This document shows positions 27,923 through 40,627 of a stretch of DNA of 64,000 nt, piece after piece. The notes beneath the pieces are model-generated. The model was not told where the DNA came from. It did not search any database and saw nothing but the letters and a program-made list of their open reading frames with translations. How positions within the stretch are numbered: the first letter of the stretch is position 1; every line of letters begins with the position of its first letter. The stretch is from Welwitschia mirabilis (Eukaryota), in NCBI GenBank assembly GCA_051453625.1, contig JBOZIK010000001.1, forward strand, positions 16,612,135 to 16,676,134. Reading direction: 5' to 3'. The position numbers were made by a program, and so were the translations under genes.

Positions 27923-29990
27923 TAGCCCTTTAATTAGCCTTATTATCCTCTAAAAAAATAAGTGATCAACTATATTATCAGTTAATTTAACTAAGATAAA
28001 CAACAACTAGAAAAAAAATGTAATTTGAGTTTAATTGTATCATGCAAGAATACACATCAAAGACCAATTAACTAATACAAATATTGATGTATTCATAATC
28101 CCCATACTTAAATACATCATAACAGAATGAATGAATGTCATGCACTTATAAAAAGTTATAAAATGTAATAATGATGACTAAAAAAACTAATAATGTGTAT
28201 GCATAATGTGAGATAGTGTTACTAAACTAATGTGAAAAATTAAGCAGTGATAATCTCAAAAGAATGGTGCATCTAAATTTCATTAATGTATTCTCCAAGG
28301 GATAAAGTATAATGGTAAACATAGCATTCTTTTTATTTAAATGATCTAAAACATAATTATAAAAAAACTCTATAAATGTGCTATTATACTCCTACTAAAT
28401 AAAATTCATGAAATTTATTCAAGTAATATGAAATCATATTCAAAAACCTCATCATAAACATGTATCATGAAAGTTCAAAAATAATCCATTTAAATTTAAA
28501 TTTTTTGCTCAATATCTCAAAATAATTCTCAAAAAGGTATCCTACACTCCCCATAGGTAAAACAAGATGTCCCAGATTACATAGGATAAAAAGGGCGATT
28601 ATCATCTTAGCTACTATGAAGATGATAAATGTGGGAGTATAATGATAAAATGAGATGTTTAGAAAGATAGAAACAACTAGGAAAAGTCTAAAATTAAGCA
28701 AATATGCATAAAACAATAGAAACACATAAAGAAAATAGAGAGTTAAGAATTATCCTAAAAAACATGATCATGGGAAAAAGAGATCTATGGGAAAAGTATG
28801 TTAAAGAGGATAAAATATATGAATTAGAAGAAAGCAATGCTCAAAAGAACTCCTTAAATGTATCCAAACTTAGTAAGCCTAGAAAAGTAAGAACTAAAAC
28901 TCAAAAAGTATCATCATTACCTATCAAAAATAGAAATAATTACCCTCATGGATAGAAGATATTAGTAAGCAATAAGAAACTACTAAAAGATCAGATCCAT
29001 AATATTATTTTTAAAAAGTATAGAAATGACTTTTAAAAACCTAGAAAAATAATTAAAAAAATAAAATGAAAATGAACAACTAGGAACATAAAAAATATTA
29101 TTTACTTTCCCTTAGTAACAATCATAAAATTACATAATAAAAAATGCATGATAGGATGTAAAAATTCGTAAAGTATGATTTAAATAGCAATAATTATGAT
29201 GATGTTAAGTATGTTTAATGTTATCAACTAATAAATGATAAGATAAAAAGATAAAAAAAACATAAATTCACTAGCTCACATATCAAAATAACACTAGAAT
29301 CTTAAAAAGTATTATGATCATGTGGAAGTATTATATGCAAAAGGAGTATATGATACCAGGGATATTACGAATCTCATAGTTTCTAAGTAAAATTTTATTC
29401 TATCACGATGAGGGAAGTGCAACCAATGTCAAAGGATTAAGGACCCATATAGTATGATCAACTAACTCACTAGTGAAGTTTCCATAACTACCATATCACA
29501 CTACCAAAGGCCCCTCTTGGAAAAATTTGCCTCAGTGCACTTGTGATAGGATATCATGGTGGTCATGCTTTTAGTTTAAATATGAAAGATCATGATCCCT
29601 ATTTCTTTTTTTTTTTTTAATCTTCTCTCTATCTCTTTGTCTTTTTCTCTCTCTCTTTTTTAATATATAAGTGAAGAGAGAGATTATACATGATTAAGTA
29701 CTTCTAAGAATAAAAGTGAAGTAAGGAGATGCGAAATAAGTAATAACATGCAAAAATAACTAAGTACTCATACCATTGAAGTAGAATAAAAGAACCAAGA
29801 CATCTTCCTTTAGAATAAAGCTCATAGATATATGAATGTCTTAAGATTGAGTGAATCCAATCTTATTATCTAAAAATACCTAAGCAAAAGATTGCTAGTC
29901 ATGATAACTTCATCAAGTAATACATAAGTTAAGTTAAAGATATTCATGTGATGACATGATGTCTACCCAAGGAATAATTTAAGAAATAGT

Positions 29991-32900
29991 TTAAATAATG
30001 GCAAGAAAAAGGTCCTCCTCATTAAAAGAGGATTCTAAAATAAGTGCTTCTATTATGTTCAAGGTTTTATTAATAGATGACTCCTAAATTTTTAACTTTT
30101 ATCCATTAACTTTTTAAATTTTCCTAGTGTTTGAATTAGAGATTTTAACTAAGCCATTAGAGTACACTTTTTTTCATAAGACAATAATCTAAACATTTAG
30201 ATGTTAACTTGTTATGTAAAAGGTGTAGTCAGGTATTGTATAAAAGGAAAAATTAACAAGGTTCAAATTACTTATGAATAATCTTTTTGTTATGTTTGAA
30301 CTTTGCTTGGGCTTTATGAATGAGTTGACGATGTATGAAATGAGTATATTTTTCATCTAAATAATCAAGTTGAATTGATCTAGTTCTAATATTTTTGTCT
30401 ACAAAATTAAGTTAATGGATAGATCAATAAGATTTATATCAAACATCAGTTGATAAGATACAAACTTTTCCATATACAAGTTCATATGGTGAGAAACCTA
30501 GAGAGGTACGCCAACTAGTATGGTAAGCCCAAAGAACATTATTAAGTTTAGATAAACACATTTTCTTATTAATAAAGATTAATTTTAAAGCATCTTTTTA
30601 ATTTCTCTATTAGCATTTTCAACTTGGCCATTAGTTTAAGGATGATAAGCACAAGTTATTCTATGTTTAATGTCAATAGATAAAAGATTTTTTTAAAAAA
30701 AGTGATTAATCAAATGAGTTTCTTAATCACTAACGATGCTTCTTGGAAAACTAAAATGTTAAAGGATAAGAGTTAGAAAAAAATTGCAAATGGTTCAAGC
30801 ATCACTTTTAGTAGTAGGAATAACTTCAACCCATTTAGTAACATAATTAGCATTTAATAGGATATAATCTTTATCATGAGAATATGGTTTAATAGGGCCT
30901 ATAAAGTTAATTTCCTAATAATCAAAAGATTCACATTCAAGCATATATTTAAGGCATGTATCCTAAGAACGAGTGAAGCTATCATAATGTTGATAGGTAT
31001 CACACCTTCTAGCAAAGTTAAATGTGTTTTTAAAAAGAGTAGACCAATAAAAACCAAAGTGAAGAATTTTCATGGTAGTCTTTTGGTCGTTAAAGTATCA
31101 CTCACATATCTCACCATGATAAAGTTTAAGGATTTCTAAGATTTTCAACTTAAGCATACACTTGCACATGATTGATTATTTACATCTTTTATAAATATGG
31201 GTTTCATTCTACTCATAGTTACTGATCCTATGGAGAAAATACATATATTGGTTATGATTCCAATTCTAAACTATTTTCATAGTAATAAGGTAGTTCACAA
31301 TATTAGCATACCAAGAAGAAGGATGAGTAGAAGAAATTGCACAAAGTTGTTCAATAGCAAAGAGTTATTCATTAAAAAAGGAGTAATTTATGAAAAGTTT
31401 ATCATAAGAATAAGAAAGTTAAGATAAGTAATCTATAATGGTATTATGGTTTTTAGCTTTCGCGATGATGATGAGATTGAATTCTTGCATAAGAAGATCC
31501 ACCGAATAATTCTAATACTAGAATATTTCTTAGTCATAAGATATCATATGGCTACATGATTTGCATAAACATTAATGTAAAATATAAGAAAATAATGTCA
31601 AAAATGATTAAGGCAAATGATGATGACAAGCATTTCTCTCTTAATAGTAGTGTAGTTGAATTGGGCTTTGAATAAATTTTTACTGAGATAGGATGTAACG
31701 TTAAAATCATTTTCATATTTTTGACCTAGAACTTCACCCATAACAATGTTTTATGAATTACATATGAATTTAAAATCTTTAGTCCAATCAAGACCCATGA
31801 CAATAAGTTTAGAAAAAAAAATATTCTTAAGTGTATCAAATGTTAGTTAACATGAATTATTCCAATTGAATTTAGCATATTTTTTAAGTAATAAGTAAAG
31901 GGTTTTATAAATCTTAGCATATTCATGCATAAAACAATGATAAAAAATAGCATAACTAAGGAATTATCCAACCTATTTGAAATTAGTTNNNNNNNNNNAT
32001 CTTAATCCCTTCCTTAAAAATGTGATAATCTAAAACAATTTCATATTTTACAAGGAGGAAATTATTTTTCTAACTCAAATGTATCTCAATCTTTTTATAT
32101 AAATCAAAGACTTTCTTTAATCTTTCTATGGTTTGTTCAAAGGTTTTACCAAAGATGGAGGAGTCATTCATAAAGATTTTAATAGAATCTTCTACCATGT
32201 TAGAAAATATTCTCATCATTACTTGTTGGAAAGTTCTAGGTGCATTGCAAAGTTAAAAGGTTATTTGTCTAAAGGTAAAGGTTTTAAATGGTAAGTTAAA
32301 GCTTGTTTTGGCTTGGTATTTACTTGCTATGCAAACTTCATTATAGCCACTATACCCATCAATAATACAATAGTAGGCATGACCTTGGATTCTATCAATT
32401 ACTTGATCAAGAAAGGGTAAAGAACAATGATCCTTTTTCAAGACCTCATTAAGTTTTCTAAAATTAATGCACATTCTCCATTTTTCACCCTTTTTTTAGA
32501 CCACAATCAAAGGGATAAACCACTCACTATCGGATATAGAATTTATGATCCTTGCATCCATATATTTAATAATTTCATTTTTAACTATTTGCTTAAGGAT
32601 TTGGTTGAGCCTTAATTAGGGTTGCCTAATAGGTTTAACATTATCCTCAAGGTAAATTTTATGTNNNNNNNNNNNNNNNNNNNNNNNNNNNNNNNNNNNN
32701 NNNNNNNNNNNNNNNNNNNNNNNNNNNNNNNNNNNNNNNNNNNNNNNNNNNNNNTTTGTTAAGTCATAATAAGACTACTTATTATCATGGATTTCTTTGG
32801 ATGATTAGATAGAAAAAATATATTTTAGAGCTTTAGGTAATTCCTTAAGTTCTAAGCTAAAATTTTCAATTATTGTCTTTCTTATTGTGAGAACAACAGA

Positions 32901-33067
32901 CATGGGACAACATTATTCAAAAACCTTTTCTAATGAGTAAGTATGTTTAATTTCCTTTTAGTTGATGTATTCCTCATTCTTAGACTCAAGAGAGTGTATT
33001 TCAGTTAGGTTATTATACAAAGTTGGTTCTTGTAGCATTATCAATCTCTCCTCAATTGGCTGATGTT
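29991..33067 (-). pseudogene. pol: Decayed pol of copy C (INT, RH, RT, PR-RT linker), ends at gap
   Basis: MCINFRKLNE...DHCSLPFLDQVIDRIQGHAYYCIIDGYSGYNEV (ORF 32253-32474). Confidence 0.9.
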
Positions 33068-33457
33068 NNNNNNNNNNNNNNNNNNNNNNNNNNNNNNNNN
33101 NNNNNNNNNNNNNNNNNNNNNNNNNNNNNNNNNNNNNNNNNNNNNNNNNNNNNNNNNNNNNNNNNNNTACTTATAAGGATAAAAGTGAAGAAGTGCGATT
33201 AAAAATAAGTAAGAACATGTAAAAATAACTAATTACTTACACCACTAAAAGAAAATTAAGAACCAAGGCATCTTCCTTCTGAATGAATTCATAGACATAC
33301 AAATATCTTAAGATTGAGTGAATCCAATCTTATCATCTTAAAATGCCAAAGTGAATGATTATTAATCATGATAACTTTATAAAGTAAAACATAAATCAGG
33401 TTAAAGATATTCAAGTGATAACATGATCTCTACCTAAGGAATGAGTTAAGAAGTAAT

Positions 33458-36400
33458 TTAGATAATGACAAGAGGAAAGCACTCCTCATTGAGAGGGACT
33501 TTCGAAACAAGTGCTTCTATCATGTTTAAGGTTTTATCAATAGATGACTTATAAGAGTGCTTCTATCATGTTTAAGTTTTTATCAATAGATGACTTATAA
33601 ATTTTTAACCTTTATTTATTAACTTTATGAATTTCCCTAGTGTTAAGATTGGAAATTTTAACTGATCCATTGGAATGTACTTTTTCTAAAAGATAAAGAT
33701 CTAACCATTTATAAGTTAACTTGTTGTGTAAAATAGGATAAGTTAACTAGGTTTAAATTACTTATGAAGAATCTTTTTATCATGTTTGAACTGGGCTTGA
33801 GCTTTATGAATGATTTGATGATGAATGACATCAGTAAATTTTTTATCGAAATGGTCATTTTCCTCCAAATGGATGAATTAGTAGGAGTTATAGCAAACAT
33901 CAAGTAACAAGACACAAAATTTTATATACATAAGTTCATGTGGTGAGAAACCTAGAGAGTTACACCAAGTAGTATAGTAAGTACAAAGAACATCATTAAG
34001 TTTAGAGGACTAAATTTTCTTATTAATAAAGACTAATTTTTAAAGCATATTTTTATTTTCTCTATTGGCATTTTTAGCTCGATCATTAGTTTGAAGATGA
34101 TAAGCATATGAAATTCTATGTTCAATGTCAATATATAAAAGAAGTTTTTGAAAAGGTAATTAATAAAATGAGTTTCTTCATTACTAATGATGATTTATGG
34201 GAAACTAAAATGTTGAAAGATATGAGCTCGGACAAAGCTATAAATAGTTTGGACATCATTCTTAGTAGTAGAAATAACTTTAACCCACTTAATAACATAA
34301 TAAATAGCCACTAGAATGTAATTTTTATCATGATAAGGTGATTTAATAGGGCCCATAAACTTAATCCCAAAACAATCAAAAGGTTCACATTTAAGCATAG
34401 ATTTAAGGAGCATATCTTAAGAATGAGTTAGGCTACCATAATGTTAACATGTGTCACACCTTCTAGTAAAGTCAAATGAGTTTTTAGAAAGGGTAGGCTA
34501 ATAAAAACTAAAGTGAAGAGTTTTTATGATGGTTATTGGTCACTAAAATGTTTCCCACATATTCCACCATCATTAAGTTTAAGGATTTCTAATATTTTCC
34601 ACTTAGGCATATGCTTATGCATGATTTGATCTTTACATCATCTATAAAGATGGGATCCACTTCACTCATAGTTAGTAATCCTGTGAAGAAAATATTTATA
34701 TTAGTTATGATTTCAATGCTAAGGTGTGTTTATAGTAACAAGGTAGTTCACAATATCAGCATACCAAGAAGTGGGATGAGTAGAAGAGATGGCATAAATT
34801 TGATCTATAGTTAATAGTTGTTCATCAAAAAAGAAGTTTTTTATGGGAAGTTAATCATGAGAAGAAGAAAGTCAAGATAGGTAATCTACAATTCTATTAT
34901 GTTTTCCAGCTTTATTAATGATGGTGAGATTAAATTCTTGCATGAAAAGGATTTACCTAATAAGTTTGGCACTAGAATCATTTTAGTTATAAAATAGCAT
35001 ATAACTACATGATCTGTGTAAACATTAATGTGAAAGCCAAGACAATAATGTCAAAAATGGTCAAGGCAAAAGATGATGGAAATCATTTCTCTCTTAGTAG
35101 TAGTGTAGTTGGATTGGGCTTTGAACAATGTTTTATTAAGATAGGATATAACTTTAAAATCATTTTTATATTTTTAGTTAAGAACCCTACCCACAACAAT
35201 GTTTCTTACATTATCAATAAGTTTAAAATATTTAGTCTAATGAAGACCCATAACAATAGGTTCAAAAGAAATATTTTAGTTAAGTGTACTAAATGCATGT
35301 TGGCATGAATCATTCTAATCAAATTTAGCATCTTTTTTTAGTAATAAGCAAAGAGTTTTATAGATTTTAGCATAATCATGAATAAAATGATGATAGAAAC
35401 TAGCATGACCAAGAAATGTTCTAACTTGTTTGACATTGATTTGAGGTCTAAGGTCTTTAATGATATCAAATTTTTATAAGGTCCATCTTAATCCCTTCCT
35501 TAGAAATATGGTGACCTAAAACAATTCCATAGTTAACAAGAAGAAAACTTTTTTTCCAACTTAAATATAAGCCATTCTCTATACATTACTTTAAGACTTC
35601 CTCTAATCTTTATATGGTTTATTCAAATATTCATCAAAGATGGAGAAGTCATCCATAAATATTTTAATAAAATCCTCTATCATATTAGAAAATATCCTCA
35701 TCACTTCTTATTGAAAAGTTCTAGGAACATTGCAAAGTCCAAATAACATTCATCTAAAGGCAAAGATTTCAAAATATGATGTAAAGATTGTTTTGGCTTG
35801 GTCTTCACTTGCCATGCACACTTGATTATAGCCACTATACCCATCAAGAAAATAATAGTAGGCATAACCTTAGATTCTATCAATCACTTGATCAAAAAGG
35901 GTAAAGATAAATGATCTTTTTTTAGTGACCTAATTAAGTTTCCTAAAATCCATGCACATTCTCCATTTTGGAACTACTATCAAAGGGTAACCCACTTACT
36001 ATTGGATATAGCATATATGATCCTAACATCCATAAGTTAAATAATTTCATCTTTAACTATATGCTTAAGGGCTGGGTTGAGCCTTCTTTGGGGGTGCCTA
36101 ATATGTTTAGCATTATCATCAAAGTATATTTTATATTAAATAATAGAAAGAGGGATGGTAGCTAAGTCTTTATGAATCCAATAAAATGCATCTTTTTTAG
36201 AAGCTAAGAGTGAGATTAAGTTGTATTCTTATTAAGGAATAAGGAGATCACTTATTATTAGAGGTTTCTTTGGGTTATCGAATGGAAAAATGTATTTTAG
36301 ATCCTTAGGTAATTTCTTAAGTTTTAAGTTAGGATTTCGACTATTGTCCTATCTATCATGGAATTGATAGATGTGAGATGACACTCCACAAAAAGGTTTT

Positions 36401-38940
36401 ATAGTAAGTAAACATGTTGGTTCTCATTGAAAAATTCCTCATTATCATACTCAAGATAGTGTGTCTCAGTTGGATCATCATACAAAGTTGGTTCTTATAC
36501 CATTATCAATCTCTCCTCAATTGGCTGATGTTGTAAAAATAAGGTTGGTTTAAGTTCTTCTTTTAAGTTAAACTTATCTTCTGTATTCTTTTTAGTGGCA
36601 TTAAAACCTACTTTTTAGTGGCATCAAAACCTAGAATGGTAAACTTATTATTTTCTATATGACATTCCATCATTCTAGTTCATGTATCAATGATATAGTG
36701 AGCGATTGCACAAAAGCCTCTTCCTAAGAGAAGTGGATAACCTCCATCATGTTCTACCTCAATTATGACTACATCTATAGGGTAAAAAGCTTCCTTAATT
36801 TGAATGATTAGATCCTTGATAAATCCTAATGGTTTCTTAATTAAAGTATCAACTAATTTAAGGATATTTCGTGTAGTTTTTATTCTTCTTTTTAACTTAA
36901 GTCTTTTACATATGTGAATAGGTATGATGTTTACACTAGATCCTATCTTAATTAAAGCTTTTCAAAAATTTTTTCCCTTCAAAATTAATTCTAGCTATTG
37001 ATACTCTAGGATTTTTAAATTTAGGATACTTTTTCATGACTAAGTTGTACATAAATTGAGTAATAAAGACTTTGCTATAAATGATACATTTTTGTTTTCT
37101 TCTCACTAGGACTTTCCATCACTTATGACATTTAGGATTTTCTTGTAAAAGTTTCCAAAATAGTAAGTTGATATTTACCTCTTGCATCAAGATCTTCAAG
37201 TGTTCATCAAAGTTAGAATTCATATTTACCTAATCAAGCCAAGGATTAAGTTATTTCTTCCCTTTGTTTTCTTGTGAAGAATTTTTAGAGGAGGTTTTAG
37301 CATATGATGTTGATGGTACATAATATGAATACAAAATTTCTACATCATCTTATTCATTACTTTTTTTTACTATTTTTAGAAGTTAAAACCTTATAGATAG
37401 GAGATGTTGTATTATTTTTACTTCTTGTTATTACCTTTAAAACTCTCTTAACTTTATTTGGATTGGGTAAATGTTGAAATGCAAAAGATCCTTGTGGTTT
37501 TTAATTAGAAAGAAAAAGCATATTCACTAATTTTTTAATATTACTATTAGTCTTTTTAATATTATTATTGGTATTTTCTTCCACCTTTTTTAATTCTTCT
37601 ATGAAATATTTGAGTGGATCATTTTAATTTGGTTGAAAATTAATGTTATTTAGTTGAAAACTTCAATTCTTGAATCTATTCTCAAAAGGTTTCAATTATG
37701 ATTATTTACCTAATCTTTGTTGAAATTGTGATTGAATTTTAAAGTTACGTGTTCTTTGGTTGAATGCACAAACTTCCTCAAACATCCTTTCTTTAAAAGT
37801 TAGGAACAAGGGATACTCTTTAGTTAGATGAGAGTTGTTTTCATAAATTTTATAAGTTAAATTGTGTTTTCATCTTTTACTGCCTTTGCATCAACTATCA
37901 ATTGAGTGTACTTCTCTAAAGTAATGGTTATATTCTTAATTAAGTTAATTAAATTACCTCTCTCTTCTTCTTTGTCATGTTTTGCTTTCTTCAAGTCTTT
38001 TATGATTTGGCCTAAAATTAGATTTGCCTTAGTGAGTTTTAACTAATTTTGAATTATCTCTACTAGATCTTCCAACACACTCCATGCATTATCTAAGACT
38101 AATTTCATTAAGTTTCCATCACCAAAAAAGTCTACAAGTTCTTTAGTTTGACTATTCTTCCTTGAAAAATTCATCAATATTGTTGGAATGACTAGCTATG
38201 ATAAAACATTCATATGTTATGACATAATTCTCATAAGGTTGTTGTTGAAAGTTAGTAACTTCCTTCCTTCTTTTTCTCATGACATGTTTTCTTAAAAATC
38301 TTTTGATAAAAACTTTCTACTTGATTCCATAATTTAAGACTCCTATGTGGAATGGTTTTAAGCCAAAGTTTTACCATTCCTTTAAGTATGACTGGAGAAA
38401 TAATCATATAAGTATGATCATTAATATGTTTTATTTTATTTCTTGAGGTAAGCACAAGTTGTTCAATGTCATTTAGATGTTGGAAAGGGTTTTCTTAAAG
38501 TTCCTCTAAAAATGTTGGATAGGCATTTAAATTTTTTAATTCTACATCATCATTGAGAGGTAAATCAAAAGGATTTTGGACTTTACATTTTTTTATTAGT
38601 GATTAAATCTCTAAGAGTAACATTTGCATTTGAAGTATAAGTTCCTATTATGATTAGTATATTAGATTAAGTTACTTACTTTTGGTTTTGTAAATATTTT
38701 GACACAGTTGAAGAAGAAATAACATGATCTACTTCTATGCTATAATTTTCTTTTTCAAAATTTAATTCTAAAATAATAAAAGTAGAAAAATATTTTTCTT
38801 TCATTCTTGAAATTTTTGTACTTGAAATGTGTGTATCTAGAGTTTTCTTGAAGTTGAATAATGCTTTTTTGATATTTTTCTTCAATTAGGTTTTACTCTC
38901 TTTGATATTTTGTCTTTCCATCAAAATTCACCATATTCAT
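33458..38940 (-). pseudogene. gag-pol: Decayed gag-pol of copy C' (restarts after gap 33068-33167)
   Basis: CEPFDCFGIKFMGP...YILVAIYYVIKWV (INT core, ORF 34195-34413); LKGMVKLWLKTIPHRSLKLWNQV (retrotransposon gag, ORF 38252-38455). Confidence 0.9.
33510..33600. repeat. 46-bp-period tandem duplication private to copy C'
   Basis: agtgcttctatcatgtttaag.ttttatcaatagatgacttataa at 33510 and 33556; single in the other copies. Confidence 0.9.
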
Positions 38941-39375
38941 GCATACCTTAGACAGTAAACAAAAATTAAAATAAAAAATAACTATCTATCATTCACCTAT
39001 TTATGGAAGCAAATGAGAAACAAAAATCATAATAGTATAAAACTAAACTCAAACAAAAATTGTTGTAAGTAAAAAAATATATTTTCATCTAGGCTATCAT
39101 GGGGATGATAGAGAAGATGATAGTATTTTATTACTAATATATAAATAAAAAAAATTTGTGGAAAAAAATAAATTCAAAAATTTAAATATTATTACTAATG
39201 TTATTAGAATAATAGAGAGGATGACAGTGACCCTTAAAATTGTGGAAAATAAAAATCATTGAAATTAATATACTTAAACTATGCTAAAAATATAGCACTA
39301 TTTCAAATAAATAACTTGAACTAAAATTTTAGGTACTTATTTGGATAGTGATAATTCTTCAGCTTCTTACAGCCT

Positions 39376-39393
39376 TCCTTACCAATGGTACTA
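39376..39393 (-). promoter_or_regulatory. Degenerate Athila-type PBS
   Basis: tccttaccaatggtacta in the same position relative to the LTR as 26683-26700. Confidence 0.75.
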
Positions 39394-39396
39394 AAA

Positions 39397-40627
39397 TGTT
39401 ATGATGTGAATTTATGCAATCTTAAGTTCTTAGGCAAAGCATGTAAATCATAATACTTATAGAAATCACATACTAGTATAGATGGGAGTTAACCTAAGTG
39501 TCATAATTTATTAAAGGTACTAGACTAGAAGTTATAGAATTAATTTCACAAAGTATTTTTAATATTTTCTATTTTAGTAAATGAAAGTAAATAAGAATGT
39601 AAATGCAATGCAAAATAAATGATGGTAAAATACAAATGGATTGAATGCAACTAAGATGAGCTCTAGTCCTCTTGTCATAAGAACTAGTTCTTTATAATTC
39701 AGATCAATAGAAAGAGTGTTATACTTATTCCAAATCAACATAAACTATAAGATAGTCTAAATAGAATACACAAATATGAAATGATATATAAGGAAAATAC
39801 AATGCAAAATCTAAGATAGCAAAATCAAACTTAACAAAGGTTACCATTATGATCTAATAAACTTTAGAACTATCACTTAACTATAATCAATGTAAATCAT
39901 AAGGAACATTTACATAATAGTAGTAAAAAGAGTAATTGAATTCATCATAAACTTTTGCATCTACTTATAATAAAGTAGTAGCATCTCAATGGAGGATACT
40001 CAACCCAGCACTAAGGTAAACATCTATCTGTAGCTACTAAATAGATCTCTTATCCTTCAATTTTCTATCACAAGAACATTAAATCTAAATGATGGAAAAT
40101 GAAGTGAACGAAAGGAATGGTATTTATAGTTTTACATTGAAGTTCTAGAAGCTAAACCCTAGGAGTCAGAGAAGAAACCCTAATAGCTTATATGGGTCAC
40201 ATGACCCCATTACAAAGATAATTCTTCTTGTCTATAGGAAGTAGCTATCATCTTGATTGTTATAGGCATGATAATAGGAATAACACTCTATGTCAAAAGG
40301 TGGTCCATCAACTTCATATCTCATAATCCACTATGCAGATTCCATTCATGTTAGTAGTGTTATCTTCTTATCTATTGTGGGGATAACATAGGGAGCAACA
40401 GGTTTCTCCATCTTCTATCTCAAAGAGAAGTCAATCTTTTACATGGTAAATTCTTCTTTCAAAGTATGAAGTATTAAAATACGCTTGAAATGCCTCTAAA
40501 TATGCTAAGAATCACATTTTTTAGTGATCATCCTATCAATCATTAAAACTACATCCAAACCTATATAAATGTCCTACAAAAGTACTCAAAATACATCATT
40601 AAATTCCTAAAAATTGGCATTGTAATA
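39397..40627 (-). mobile_element. LTR D, shared between two tandem units
   Basis: tgttatgatgtgaatt...tgtaata, PBS left, tagccttctacttagcc (PPT) right; TATA-like ctataaata on minus near 40121-40129. Confidence 0.88.
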
